Positions 1 to 12,178 of a stretch of 64,000 nt of DNA are shown here, one piece after another. The notes beneath the pieces were generated by a model, which was not told where the DNA came from, made no database searches, and worked only from the letters and a program-made list of their open reading frames with translations. The stretch covers positions 38,411,202 to 38,475,201 of the forward strand of contig NC_068998.1 in NCBI RefSeq assembly GCF_001194135.2, given 5' to 3'. The position numbers and the translations under genes are program-made. This DNA comes from Octopus bimaculoides (lineage: Eukaryota). Within the stretch, counting starts at the first letter, position 1. The number at the start of each line of letters is the position of its first letter.

Positions 1-219
1 GAACAACCTAAAAAGTTAATGCTGATTTTGTCAGAGCAATTTAACTAGGAATGGCTCTGACAAAGTAGCATTAATTTTCTTAGGTCATTCAATTTATCTC
101 AATGGAGTAAATGTATCAGTAGTGTACCTATAATGATTACTAGAAACAGCTGTAAGCCAAATTTGCTCTAATTAAGGAAAAATATGTAATGACCATTATC
201 TATAACTTGTCTCATATAT

Positions 220-433
220 AGGCATGGCTGTGTGGTAAGTAGCTTGCTTCCTAACCACATGGTTTCAGGTTCAGTCCCACTGCATGGCACCTTGGGCAAG
301 TGTCTTTTGCTATAGCCTCGAGCCGACCAAAACCTTGTGAGTGGATTTGGTCAACAGAAACTGAAAGAAGCCTGTCGTATATATATATATATATATTTGT
401 GTATCTGTGTTTGTCTCTCCACCATCACTTGAC
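220..433 (+). mobile_element. tRNA-derived SINE family A, 5' half
   Basis: Pol III A-box TGGCTGTGTGG and B-box GGTTCAGTCCC, followed by the CCTTGGGCAAGTG core-like domain and an internal (TA)n; more than 20 copies in the window. Confidence 0.85.
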
Positions 434-1204
434 ACCTGCATCACTGATCTTTTCATTGCTGCAATCTCTGTACATCACAACCCTAACCTTCGTCAACTTG
501 AACACTTCTTGAACTTGATATTTGGGGCAGCCATAACTACCCAACCCTGATATGTCCCCCACTTCACCAACATGAAAGTTGGTGGAATTCCAAGCCATCG
601 GCAGATCTTTTTGCTCTCCCATCTCTCAATTAATTCTACAGATCCCATCTGCACTTCTTTGACTGTCAATACCCAGACACATGCCACCCAGAGATTTGGT
701 AGAAGCCTGTGCAAGAAGACCCAGCCCTTAATTTTTCCCTAACTCCCTCTGACTTCCTCATTGATCATCTGCCTGTTTGTCTGTGTAGAATGCACTGCTT
801 CTGACAACGAGACAGACATTTTTTCATCTTAATCATTTACTTGTTTCGGTCATTAGACTGTGCCATGCTGGGGCCCACTTTAAATTTTTAGTCAAACAAA
901 TTAACCTCAGTACTTATTTTGAAGACTCATACTTATTCTATCAAGCCATTAAGTTATGGGGATGTAAACAAACTAACACCGATTGTCAAGCAGCAGTGTT
1001 GGGGTCAAACATAGACACAAAGGTACACACACACATTATATATATCTATATATCTGGACAGCTCCCTGCTAGCCAGCTCCATGTCAAACCATCCGACCCA
1101 TGTCATCATGGGGACCAGACATTAAATGATGATGATGATATCTATATATAGTATATGTATATTATATATATATATCTATATATAATATATATATATATAT
1201 ATAT

Positions 1205-1594
1205 ATTTATTCTTTTATTTGTTTTGGTCATTTGACTGAAGCCATGCCGGAGCACTGCTTTTAGTAGAGCAAATCAACCTCAGGACTTATTCTTTGTAAG
1301 CCTAGTACTTATTCTATCGGTCTCTTTTGACGAACCACTAAGTTACAAGGATGTAAACACACCAGCATTGGTTGTCAAGCAATGTTGGGGGGACAAACAC
1401 AGACACACAAACATGTATATATATATATATATATACGACGGGCTTCTTTCTCAGTTTCCATCTACCAAATCCACTCGCAAGGCTTTGGTCAGCCCAAGGC
1501 TATAGTAGAAGATACTTGCCCAAGGTGCGACACAGTGGGACTGAACCTAGAGCCATGTGGTGGGTAAGCAAGCTACTAACCACACAGCCACTCC
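1205..1594 (-). mobile_element. SINE family A, near full length
   Basis: Reverse complement of the head, core, (TA)n and 3' half seen at 10947-11331; a further 3'-half copy lies at 829-1023. Confidence 0.85.
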
Positions 1595-2112
1595 ATATAT
1601 ATATATATATATATATATGACGGGCCTTTCAGTTTCCATCTTCCAAATCCGTTTGCAAGGCTTTGGTTGACATGAAATTCTAATAGAAGACACCTACCCA
1701 AGGTCCCATGCAGTGGGACTGAACCCAGAACCATGTGGTGTCATTTTTGTATAATATTTTATTGGGTATTCCTTTTTTGATGGCTTAAACCCCATCCTGA
1801 ACTTGGAGTTAAAACTTTCTGGTAATTTCCCCATTTCTGAACTTCATTTTTGCCCTTGTTGCCACATCATGCAATACTTTCAGGACCTGCCTTGCCTTTA
1901 AATGGGTTGGAGGAAGCTGTTAGAGTTAGGTCATCCATGAAGTATCTCATTGCTGGCTTGCAGGTAGCAGAGTTCATTACTCTCACCCCCATTGGATTCC
2001 TTCCTTGATGTTGTTACAAACAGATTCATTCCCATGACAAATAAGATGGGCGAGAGAGATAGCATATGTAGTAGACTCAGAATGTATGTCTCTGCCTGTA
2101 CATTTGTGTATA

Positions 2113-2225
<113 letters not shown>

Positions 2226-3209
2226 CTATGTATGTGTATATATATATGTATGTATATATATATCTATGCATATATGTGTATACATATATATCTGTGTGTG
2301 TAAATACATGTCCCTATGTGTGTATTATGTATACATTTATATGTATAAATGTATGTATACATTTATATATGTATATCTGTTTATACATATGTATGAACAA
2401 AAAGGTGTATTATGTGTAATGTATACATGTGTGTAAGCATTTATACATCTATATGTATGTATATACATGTATGTGTGTGTGTGTGTGTATTCATACCAAC
2501 TGAACTAAATATATATGGTGATAGCAGCATGGAAAAATAGACATAAACATATTGTTGATGATGATGATGATGATCATCATCATCATCATCATCACCATCA
2601 TCTTCATTTAATATCTGTATCCCATGCTGACATATGTTGACCAGTTCAACAGGAATTGACTAGGCAGAGGACTGCATTGAGCTTCAGCATGGTCTCTATG
2701 TCTGGACACCCTTCCTAACATCAGCCACTCTACAATGAGTGCTGAGTGCTTTTCCATGGTTCTGTTACTTGTGAAGTCACCAAGTAACATGCAAGAAAAG
2801 ATGCCCTCGACAGACTGGGAGTGTAGTACTGAGAGAGCTGGCTTTGTGTCTGGTGTTAAAAAGTGAAAATATAAAAGAGGGCAAGAACAGGTATCTTGCT
2901 GTAAAGGAGATGCATGGCCACCCCAACTTGAAAGCAAGAATGAATAGTGGAAATGAGATGTGATGGTATGCTCTCAATGTACAAGAAAATCGATCAAGAG
3001 AGAAGAGGGACAGAAAATCAAGGATGGTAAGTGAGTTTGGAAGGGGTGTGACAGATGGTGAGTGATGGAGATAGAGGTGAATGGTGAACATGGTTGGAGG
3101 CGTGGTTAATGATGGAATCTCAGTTTGGAAGAAGATAAAGGAAAATAGCAATGAGTCAGAGAGGAGGAGGGGATGATTGGTGACAATACATAATATGAAA
3201 CCTGTGGAT

Positions 3210-3669
3210 CAGGGATTCTCAACCCTTTTTTTTTATCTATGAAACCCACTTTGATTACTATTTCATTCTGGTGGATCCCCATAGCCATTGAGTGTTTAAA
3301 ACTTGTTTTATAGAATGTTATTTATTAATGTTTTCATACAGCCGCTGGACTGGCTCCTGTGCAGGTGGCACATAAAATACACCATTTTGAGTGTGGCCAT
3401 TGCCAGTACCGCCTGACTGGCCTTCGTGCCGGTGGCACGTAAATGCACCCACTACACTCTCGGAATGGTTGGCGTTAGGAAGGGCAACCAGCTGTAGAAA
3501 CTCTGCCAAATCAGATTGGAACCTGGTATAGCCATCTGGTACACCAATCATCAGTCAAATCGTCCAACCCATGCTAGCATGGAAAGTGGACGTTAAACGA
3601 TGATGATGATGATGATGATGTTATATAGACCCCCAAAAATCTTATATGGACCTTGGTTGAGAACCACTG
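3210..3669. mobile_element. hAT (Charlie-like) MITE interrupted by an RTE-derived repeat
   Basis: TIRs CAGGGATTCTCAACC / GGTTGAGAACCACTG; degenerate 8-bp TSD CTGTGGAT / CTGTAAAT. Confidence 0.7.
3343..3620 (+). mobile_element. Short non-autonomous RTE-derived repeat with (TGA)n tail
   Basis: About 60-nt tandem units, then GGCGTTAGGAAGGGCA motif, then CCCATGCTAGCATGGAAAG..GACGTTAAACG(ATG)n; same family at 38250-38525, 47110-47620, 54285-54718 (+) and 2570-2790, 15100-15460, 63430-63790 (-). Confidence 0.75.
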
Positions 3670-4000
3670 CTGTAAATAGATGAGAAATAGAGTTGATGTG
3701 AAGTGTTAGGGAAAGAAAGGATGCACTATAGACAGCAAAAAATGTCAGAGGCTCACAGGAGTGGATATAGAAAGTGGCAAAGAGGGGTGTCAATGGCAGG
3801 TATTGGAAGGGGTTCTTCAGTGGGAAATAAAGTAGGAAGGAATGATGTTGAGCTCACAGGGTGAGTGACATAATAAATGGTTCTAAAGAAAAGGATAACT
3901 TGTAGCAGAGAGGAGGGGTGGATTATGTATAGTTCTACAATTGAGGAAAGAGGGCTGTAGTTAGGAGGGTGAAAGAGAGGTGGGTGTTACAAAGAGGAAT

Positions 4001-4241
4001 AAGGCAGCGAGCTGGCAGAAACATTAGCACGACGGGCGAAATGCTTAGCGGTATTTCGTCTGTCTCTACGTTCTGAGTTCAAATTCTGCCGAGGTTGACT
4101 TTACCTTTCATCCTTTCGGGGTCGATTAAATAAGTACCAGTTGCGCACTGGGGTCGATACAATCAACTTAATCCGTTTGTCTGTCCCCTCTGTGTGTAGC
4201 CCCTTGTGGGCAGTAAAAAATAAACTAAAATAAAATAAAAT
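4001..4241 (+). mobile_element. tRNA-derived SINE family B (Deu/Nin-like central domain) with TSD
   Basis: B-box GAGTTCAAATTC, central GACTTTACCTTTCATCCTTTCGGGGTCGA; flanked by direct repeat AAGAGGAAT (3992-4000 / 4242-4250). Confidence 0.85.
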
Positions 4242-4289
4242 AAGAGGAATTGTAGAGAAGGGCTGACAGATAAAAGATTGAGTTCAGAG

Positions 4290-5340
4290 GAATAGATATT
4301 AATGACATGCTTTTTGAACCTTATTTTTGCTTAGATAAACAGATTTTCTCAAGTACAATGAATCACCAATCATCTCAGCCCTTTCTCATTTCCTCCATGG
4401 GGCTCACCAACCTGAGGTTACACTTCACTGCTTTGTCCCATGTCACTTTGGGTCTCCCTCTTCAACAAGTTCCATCCAGATTTAGTGATCAGCACTTCTT
4501 CATGCGGCTTTCCTCATCCATACACATTACATGACAAAATAAGCCCAGCCTTCTCTCTTGCACACCACATCTGATGTCCCTTGTGCCCAATATTCCCCTC
4601 AACACATTTGCACTTTGTTGTACACACACACCGATGCTACAATCTACCTTTCATTCTAACTCTAAAAGAGAAGCTTTTTTGTTCCCAACAGAGGTAATTG
4701 CTTCCTGAATTTCTTCCAGCCGGTTTGTCTTTTAGCAGCTATACTTTCAGAACATCCCTCCTCCTCTGCTAATTAGGTCAGCCAGGTAACTGGAACTACA
4801 AACTCTAAAGACCCTCCTTGGCATTCAAGAAAACCTATTTCCCATGAGTTCATAGTGTTCCTTGTTCCTGCACATCTGCCACAAGCAAAACCTACTTTCT
4901 CTGCTAATCTTCTTGTGGATCCACTGCACCTTTTCTATTTCCATAGTTTGCACTGGGTACACCATATGAAATGTCTACCTACACCTTTCTACATTTCAGA
5001 CAAAATCATTTTCCTGAAGAGATGGGTGTACTATTTTCCTGCTAAATTAACTCTAAAGCTCTCTAATTCCAAGTATGCTTCCATACTTAAAATTCTTCTT
5101 CTTATTCTATTACAGACTCAGCTTAAGAACAAGGTCCTTGGAGTAAAAGAGTTCCCAGGCAACCAGTCTTAAACTTCTCTGTTATGGTCTGGAGAACAAT
5201 GATGAATAGAAGGGGAGTGAGAGCTGAGCCTTGGTGAATTCCTACATGCGCACTATATCCATCACTGAATTCCTACATGCACACTATATCCATCACTGCT
5301 ATTGTGTGTGCATATAATATAGGTTTTTCAACAATTTATG
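4290..5340 (-). pseudogene. Decayed RTE-clade LINE ORF2 (RT domain to C-terminus)
   Basis: Minus-strand fragments QGSALTPLLFIIVLQ, WELFYSKDLV (decayed YADD), YLADLISRGGGCSES, QERRLGLFCHVMCMDEE..RGRPKVTWD; many stops and frameshifts. Confidence 0.8.
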
Positions 5341-5564
5341 CTTGTATATCAAGAATGTCTTTTCTAATTCAACTACAGGTGCAGGAGTGGCTGTGTGGTA
5401 AGTGGTTTGCTTACCAACCACATGGTTCTGGGTTCAGTCCCACTGTGTGGCACCTTGGGCAAGTGTCTTCTACTATAGCCTCGGGCCGACCACCAAAGCC
5501 TTGTGAGTGGATTTGGTAGACGGAAACTGAAAGAAGCCCGTCGTATATATATATATATATATAT

Positions 5565-5758
5565 GGGAGAATATACGAAAAAACAACAACAGACGAGGAC
5601 AGGTGGTGTAAATAACAAAAGGATGTATTAGTATGACGCTCGGGAATACGGAAAGTCTTTGACGCTTCGAGCTACGCTCTTCAACAGAAAGAATACGGAG
5701 ACAAGGAGAAAAACACGGAGAAAAAAAATTGAATAGTGTTCAGTCAACGGTCAATCAT
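5565..5758 (-). mobile_element. Penelope-like element terminal repeat fragment
   Basis: Near-identical reverse complement at 63859-64000; contains a minimal hammerhead motif, a known hallmark of PLE termini. Confidence 0.65.
5656..5692 (-). ncRNA. Minimal type I hammerhead-like motif (A6U, A15.1G)
   Basis: UCUUU-CUGUUGA-A-GAGC/GUA/GCUC-GAAGCGUC-AAAGA; helix I UCUUU/AAAGA. Confidence 0.5.
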
Positions 5759-6543
5759 GTATGTATGTGTATGCATATGTTTGTGTGTGTTTGTCCCCCC
5801 ACCATCGCTTGACAACCAATGTTAGTGTGTTTACGTCCCCGTAAGCTAGCAGTTCAGCAAAAAGAGACCTATAGAATAAGTACTAGGCTTACAAAGAATA
5901 AGTCCTGGGGTTGATTTGCTTGACTAAAGGCGGTGCTCCAGCATGGCCGCAGTCAAATGACTGAAACAAGTAAAATAATAAAAAAAAAAGGTAAGATAAT
6001 ACAGATTCAGCTTAAGAACAAGGCCCTCGGAGTAAAAGAGTTCCCCTGGCAACCACTTTCTGTTGTGATCTGGAGAACTACGATGAACAGAAAGGGATTG
6101 AGAGTTGAGCTTTAGTGAACTCTTTTACATGCTCACTAAATTCCTCATTGAACTCATTGCTAACTCTCACCATACTACTGTTATGTGTGAAAATAATAAA
6201 GGTTCTTCAACAATTCATAACATTCGTTTCAAATTGTGGCAATTTCAGGGGCAGGGTTTAGTCAATTACATTGACCCCAGAATTCAATTGCTACTTATTT
6301 CATCTACTCTGAAAGGATGAAAGGCAAAGTCGACCTTGGCACAATATGAACTCTGAACATAATGCCGCTAAGCATTTTGCCCAGCCTACTAACAATTCTG
6401 CCATCTCGTTACCTGAACAATTTATAACATTAAGAAGCAAAAGTACAAGTCAATGTAGCTGATGCTTGATTGATTCAGAGGAAAGCCAATGTGTTTTCGT
6501 GCTGCAAACAATTTTATTTTTTAAATCACAACTAGCTTCTGTA

Positions 6544-6720
6544 TTATTTGAATGGTTTAGTACCAAAACAATACAAGAGAATGCTGTTTTCAGAATCAAT
6601 GGTCTTTGAAAACTGCATGCAGTTACATGAAGACATGACTATCAGAGAGACCTGGATGTTTACAGTTTGGTGCTCAAGAACCATTAAAATATGACATGAC
6701 ATTAGTGGACTTAATCTGTC
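6544..6720 (-). CDS. Candidate terminal exon of the minus-strand gene
   Basis: Acceptor (T)n-GCAG at 6721-6735; phase-0 frame open 58 aa (DRLSPLMSCHILMVLEHQ...PFK*); AATAAA at 6518-6513. Confidence 0.3.
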   Translation of the reverse strand, partial: DRLSPLMSCHILMVLEHQTVNIQVSLIVMSSCNCMQFSKTIDSENSILLYCFGTKPFK

Positions 6721-6957
6721 CTGCAAAAAAAAAAAGACATCTGCAAATACTGAGGTGGAATGTAAAATAGTTATGCATTTGACGAGACCTTGAGAGAAAC
6801 ATGATTTCTTATGTCTTGTTTTTTTTCTAAAACTGAGATCTAAGAACCAGTATGTTTGATAATCCAGTCCTGGCCAAGTCCCAAACATGATGGATTAGAA
6901 GAACTGTACTTTTGCTATGGTGATACATAGATACATAGAGATATTGATATATTTTCC

Positions 6958-7043
<86 letters not shown>

Positions 7044-7375
7044 TCTAACCATTGCCAGCATGGAAGACAGACGTTAAAAGCTGATGATGATAATATTATA
7101 TAACATATATATATTATATATACTATGTATATATGTATATATATTATATATGTACAACTATGTATACACATAGACATACATACACACACATACATATGGC
7201 ATCAAACTGATAGAGTTGTTGGAGCATTGGATAAAACACCTGGAAGTATTTGTTCTAGCTCTCTGAGTTCAAATCCCACCTAAGTGAAGCTTGCCTTTCA
7301 TTCATTTGGGGTCAATAAATAATGGGCAATCAATAAAGATACATGCATATATGCATGTATGTGTATGTGTATATA

Positions 7376-8260
7376 TACAAGGTCTGATTAATAAGTATCT
7401 GGACTGTTGCCATAGTAACAAAGCACACAGAGTGAAGTTGCTTGATAAAAGATGACCTTGAACTCTGCTGTACGTGCACACTAAGTTTTAACGTTCTAGC
7501 TCACTTCCGCTGTTTACAGCAGTGCTTGGTAGGAAGGTGTGTAGCGTATGATAATTGCATTGACCATGACAGAGAAAGTTGTAATGGTGATACCTGCTTA
7601 GACGCCTATGAAAGCTGCAGAAAGTGTATGGCGAGGAGTGTATGAGCCGCACACAAGTGTACGAGAGGTTCAGACATTTCCAAGATGGCTGAAAAATGTC
7701 GATATTGACAAATGTTCTGGGAGACCAGCAACCAGCAGAACCGAGAAGAACATCACAGATGTACATGCATCTGTGAGGGGAAATCATTGAATCACCATCC
7801 ATGAGTTATCAGAGGATGTGCAGGTTAGTTACGGTTCAGTTCAGTCCATTATCACTGAAAATTTGGGTATGAGACGCGTGTCTGCCAAGTTTGTGCCAAA
7901 ACTGCTTTTGCCTGACCAAGAAGACACTCGGATTTCAGTTGAACAAGATCTCCTTGATTATGTCGGGAATGATGAAAACTTTCGGAAAACTTCACATAGG
8001 CTGCTGATCAGGTATCGCCAAGCTTTTGGCAAAATTTGATGCAGATTCTCTGCTCAACTTTCTCTGTCATGGTCAATACAATGATCACATGCTACACACC
8101 TTCCTTCCAAGCACTGCTGTAAGCAGCAAAAATGAGCTAAGTAATTACAACTTAGTGTGCAAGCACAGCAGTGTCCAAGGTCAATTTGTGCCAAGCAGCT
8201 TTACTTTATGTGCTTTAGCTTCGTTACTATGGCAACAGTCCGATATTTATTGATCAGACC
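7376..8260 (+). mobile_element. Tc1/mariner deletion derivative with long inverted termini
   Basis: TIRs GGTCTGATTAATAAGTATCTGGACTGTTGCCATAGTAAC / inverse at 8220-8260; transposase remnant CSGRPATSRT...LGMRRVSAKFVPKLL (WVPxxL-like motif). Confidence 0.85.
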
Positions 8261-8477
8261 ACACACACGCACACATACATATGTATGATGGGGTGCTGAA
8301 AAGTTCCTGGCTTTAAGGGTATCATGAAAGGCCTAGTTGGAAGCCCAATGAAATTGTATGGATAATACCATACTTAATTCTGGTGCCTAAACTTAAGTAC
8401 CATATTCACCTGAATCTATATATATATATAAGATCGGAAGAGNNNNNNNNNNNNNNNNNNNNNNNNNNNNNNNNNNN

Positions 8478-8519
<42 letters not shown>

Positions 8520-9306
8520 TGTGTGTGTGTGTGTTTGAAGTGGTGTACAGATATTGTATATTGAGAAAATGGGGATAGTCAGAATTTTGGATAATTCTTT
8601 ATTAGCACTTTCATATGTTTATCAAACTAGTCAAGACAAAATAAAAAGCAATGTGTGTGTGTGTATGCGTGCGCGTGCGTGTGCACGTCTTTGTATCTGC
8701 ATTTGTCCCCCCACCACTGCCTCACAACCAGTGTAGGTGTGTTTACATCCCCATAACCTAGTAGTTCAACAAAAGATAATGATAGAACATGTACCAGACC
8801 AAAAACCAAGTCCTGGGGTCAATTTTTTTGACTTAAACCCTTTAAAACAGTGCCCCAGCTTGGCCACAGTCTAATTACTGAAACGAATAAAGAATAAAAG
8901 ATACTTCAAGTTAGGCAAAACAAAATCACCCCAGGACTGAAAGACATCGATATCTAATGGTCATTTCCATTCTTTGGTGTCACATACTCATTCACCACTG
9001 AATCAACCTGCTTTGGCCAGTTAGAGGTATATATAGGGATGGCCATAAGTGGTTTTACCCATTGGCGTTTATTATAATTAGAACTGGGTAAAGCCACTTA
9101 TGGCCATCCCTGTATATATATATATACAATCAGCATAAAATATATTTACTGATGTGCATATGTGTCACATTAGGAAAACAAAATTAACATATTTGTTTGA
9201 AGCACTTTAACTAATGTAAATATTATTAATATGGTATACTTAATGTATGTGCATGTTTAAACACTGTGAAGTATATATATATATATATATATATACATGT
9301 GTATGC

Positions 9307-9363
<57 letters not shown>

Positions 9364-9683
9364 ACACACACACACACACAGATATATACATACACACATA
9401 TACATATATACATATATATATATACACTCATGCACGCACACACATACACACTGTATACATACACAATGTATTCTATCTTTTACTTCTTTCAATCATTAGA
9501 CTGTGGCCCTCACATGGGGTACCACCTCAAAGAATTATTTAGTCAAATAAATCAACCCCAGGACTTCTTTTTAAGCCTGGTACTTATGCTATCTCTTTCT
9601 GTCAAACCACTAAGTTACAGGGACGTAAACACACTAACACCAGTTGTTAAGTTGTGTTAGGGGACAAAGACACACACACATCC

Positions 9684-9727
<44 letters not shown>

Positions 9728-10104
9728 GGGTTGTTTCAGTTTCTGACAACCAAATCTTGATGGGTTTCTTTCAACCCACTAATATATTGTATATTTAGGC
9801 CTCATAGGCTGGTGACCTCAATGGAGTTCTTGATTTCATGAGATACTGTCATTTTGTCAGTGTAACTAATGAAACTGGCTGCCTGTGTACCTATGAGCAT
9901 GTTTGAGCACTTCTACCTCTTGAGGGTCATAAAGCCACTCTCATAATCCTCCAACTACGCTAAGGACACACAACAGTTTGTGACAAATTATGTCATAATC
10001 AACTTTCTCAAAAGCTGGTGCAAAGTCAAGATATACCACACCCAAGTTTGAATGTTTAAACAACTGTTTCCATATGGTGGTTGCTAAGAAATTAAGGTGT
10101 AGAT

Positions 10105-10450
10105 CAGTGGTTCTCAACCAGGGTCCATCAGGCCTCTAAGGGCCCACATTAGATTTTTTGGAGGTCCACACAACAAAATAGTGAATTGGGGCTTCACAAT
10201 AGTATTTTAAAGGCCCCTGAGAAAATTTTGCTTTAGACATGGGTATTAGTGTATATTGCAAGAAACAGCTAGGTTTCTTTCTCTAACATTTTACATAATC
10301 CAACCTAGACAAATTAATGTGTGAAAACATTAATAAAGAACATTCTATAAAGCTAGTTTTTAAACATCAAATGATGACGGGGGTCCCCCAGAATGAAAGA
10401 GCAATTAAAGAGAGTCCATTGATAAAAAGAAAATGGTTGAGAACCCCCTG
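10105..10450. mobile_element. hAT MITE, intact ends
   Basis: TIRs CAGTGGTTCTCAACC / GGTTGAGAACCCCCTG and a perfect 8-bp TSD GTGTAGAT (10097-10104 / 10451-10458); related copies at about 28389-28640 and 54208-54839. Confidence 0.9.
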
Positions 10451-10611
10451 GTGTAGATGAATGTCTTTGTGAGAGCTGCGTAAACCATGTACAGTGTTGT
10501 CATCAAGTTTAGAGCAATGTGATTGATGGGAGATTTAACATACAGTAAGGTATCAATCAGAGGTGGGTTTTTTCAGCTCTTTTCTGTTTATTATGGTTTA
10601 ATGGGTAAGGC

Positions 10612-10830
10612 AGTAAGCTGGCAAAATCATTGACATGTCAAACAAAATGCTTTGCAGCAATTTGTCTGTCTTTACGTTCTGAATTCAAATTCCGCTAAGG
10701 TCAACTTTGCCCTTCATCCTCTCCAGGTCAATGACATAAATACCAGTTGTACACTTGGGTTGATGTAATTGACAAACCCCTGCCCCAAATTTCAGGCCTT
10801 GTGCCTATAATAGAAAGCGTTATTGTTCTG
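10612..10830 (+). mobile_element. SINE family B
   Basis: Head GGCAGTAAGCTGGCA, B-box GAATTCAAATTC, central domain and CAAATTTCAGGCCTTGTGCCT 3' part. Confidence 0.75.
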
Positions 10831-10946
10831 CAGGTCATAACATGAGTTTAAGGCCATATGTTCATTGGAACACATGTACGAGGGGGTGCTGAAAGGTTCC
10901 TGGCTTTGCATAAAAGAAAATACAGGAGAACCAGTTAATTATGATT

Positions 10947-11095
10947 AAATAGCTTGCTTACCAGCCACATGGTTCCAGGTTCAGTCCCACTGCACGGCAC
11001 CTTGGGCAAGTGTCTTCTACTATAGCCTCGGGCCAACCAAAGCCTTGTGAGTGGATTTGGTAGACGGAAACTGAAAGAAGCCCGTCGTATATATG

Positions 11096-11132
<37 letters not shown>

Positions 11133-11331
11133 GTTTGTGTGTCTGTGTTTGTTCCCCCAACATCGCTTGACAACCGATGGTGGTGTGTTTACGTCCCCGT
11201 AACTTAGCGGTTCAGCAAAAGAGACCAATAGAATAAGTACTAGGCTTACAAAGAATAAGTCCTGGGATCAATTTGTTCAACTAAAGGCGGTGCTCCAGCA
11301 TGACCGCAGTCAAATGACTGAAACAAGTAAA
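10947..11331 (+). mobile_element. SINE family A, young near-consensus copy
   Basis: Complete B-box, core, microsatellite and 3' half ending GACTGAAACAAGTAAA at the gap; CpGs largely retained. Confidence 0.9.
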
Positions 11332-11852
11332 NNNNNNNNNNNNNNNNNNNNNNNNNNNNNNNNNNNNNNNNNNNNNNNNNNNNNNNNNNNNNNNNNNNNN
11401 NNNNNNNNNNNNNNNNNNNNNNNNNNNNNNNNNNNNNNNNNNNNNNNNNNNNNNNNNNNNNNNNNNNNNNNNNNNNNNNNNNNNNNNNNNNNNNNNNNNN
11501 NNNNNNNNNNNNNNNNNNNNNNNNNNNNNNNNNNNNNNNNNNNNNNNNNNNNNNNNNNNNNNNNNNNNNNNNNNNNNNNNNNNNNNNNNNNNNNNNNNNN
11601 NNNNNNNNNNNNNNNNNNNNNNNNNNNNNNNNNNNNNNNNNNNNNNNNNNNNNNNNNNNNNNNNNNNNNNNNNNNNNNNNNNNNNNNNNNNNNNNNNNNN
11701 NNNNNNNNNNNNNNNNNNNNNNNNNNNNNNNNNNNNNNNNNNNNNNNNNNNNNNNNNNNNNNNNNNNNNNNNNNNNNNNNNNNNNNNNNNNNNNNNNNNN
11801 NNNNNNNNNNNNNNNNNNNNNNNNNNNNNNNNNNNNNNNNNNNNNNNNNNNN

Positions 11853-11888
<36 letters not shown>

Positions 11889-12118
11889 TACACATATATA
11901 TACACTTTTATATATACATATATATATACGTAGACAAAGACACACACACACACACACATATATATACAAATGTATGTATATGTACATGTGCCTTTATGCA
12001 TTATGCATGTTCTGTATCAATATGCAGACACACACATATATATATGTATGCATGTATGTGTATTTCTTTCTTCCTGTTTTTGTGTGTGTGTGTATGTGTG
12101 TGTGTGCATGCGCATATA

Positions 12119-12178
<60 letters not shown>

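Larger units (their letters stand above)
5382..5975 (+). mobile_element. SINE family A split by a Penelope-like insert
   Basis: Head and core at 5382-5545, 3' half at 5780-5975; insert occupies the central (TA)n. Confidence 0.85.

Noticed and set aside
425-714. Two overlapping minus-strand ORFs of 65-73 aa
   Set aside because: No recognisable domain, no convincing splice pair; probably decayed TE or chance.
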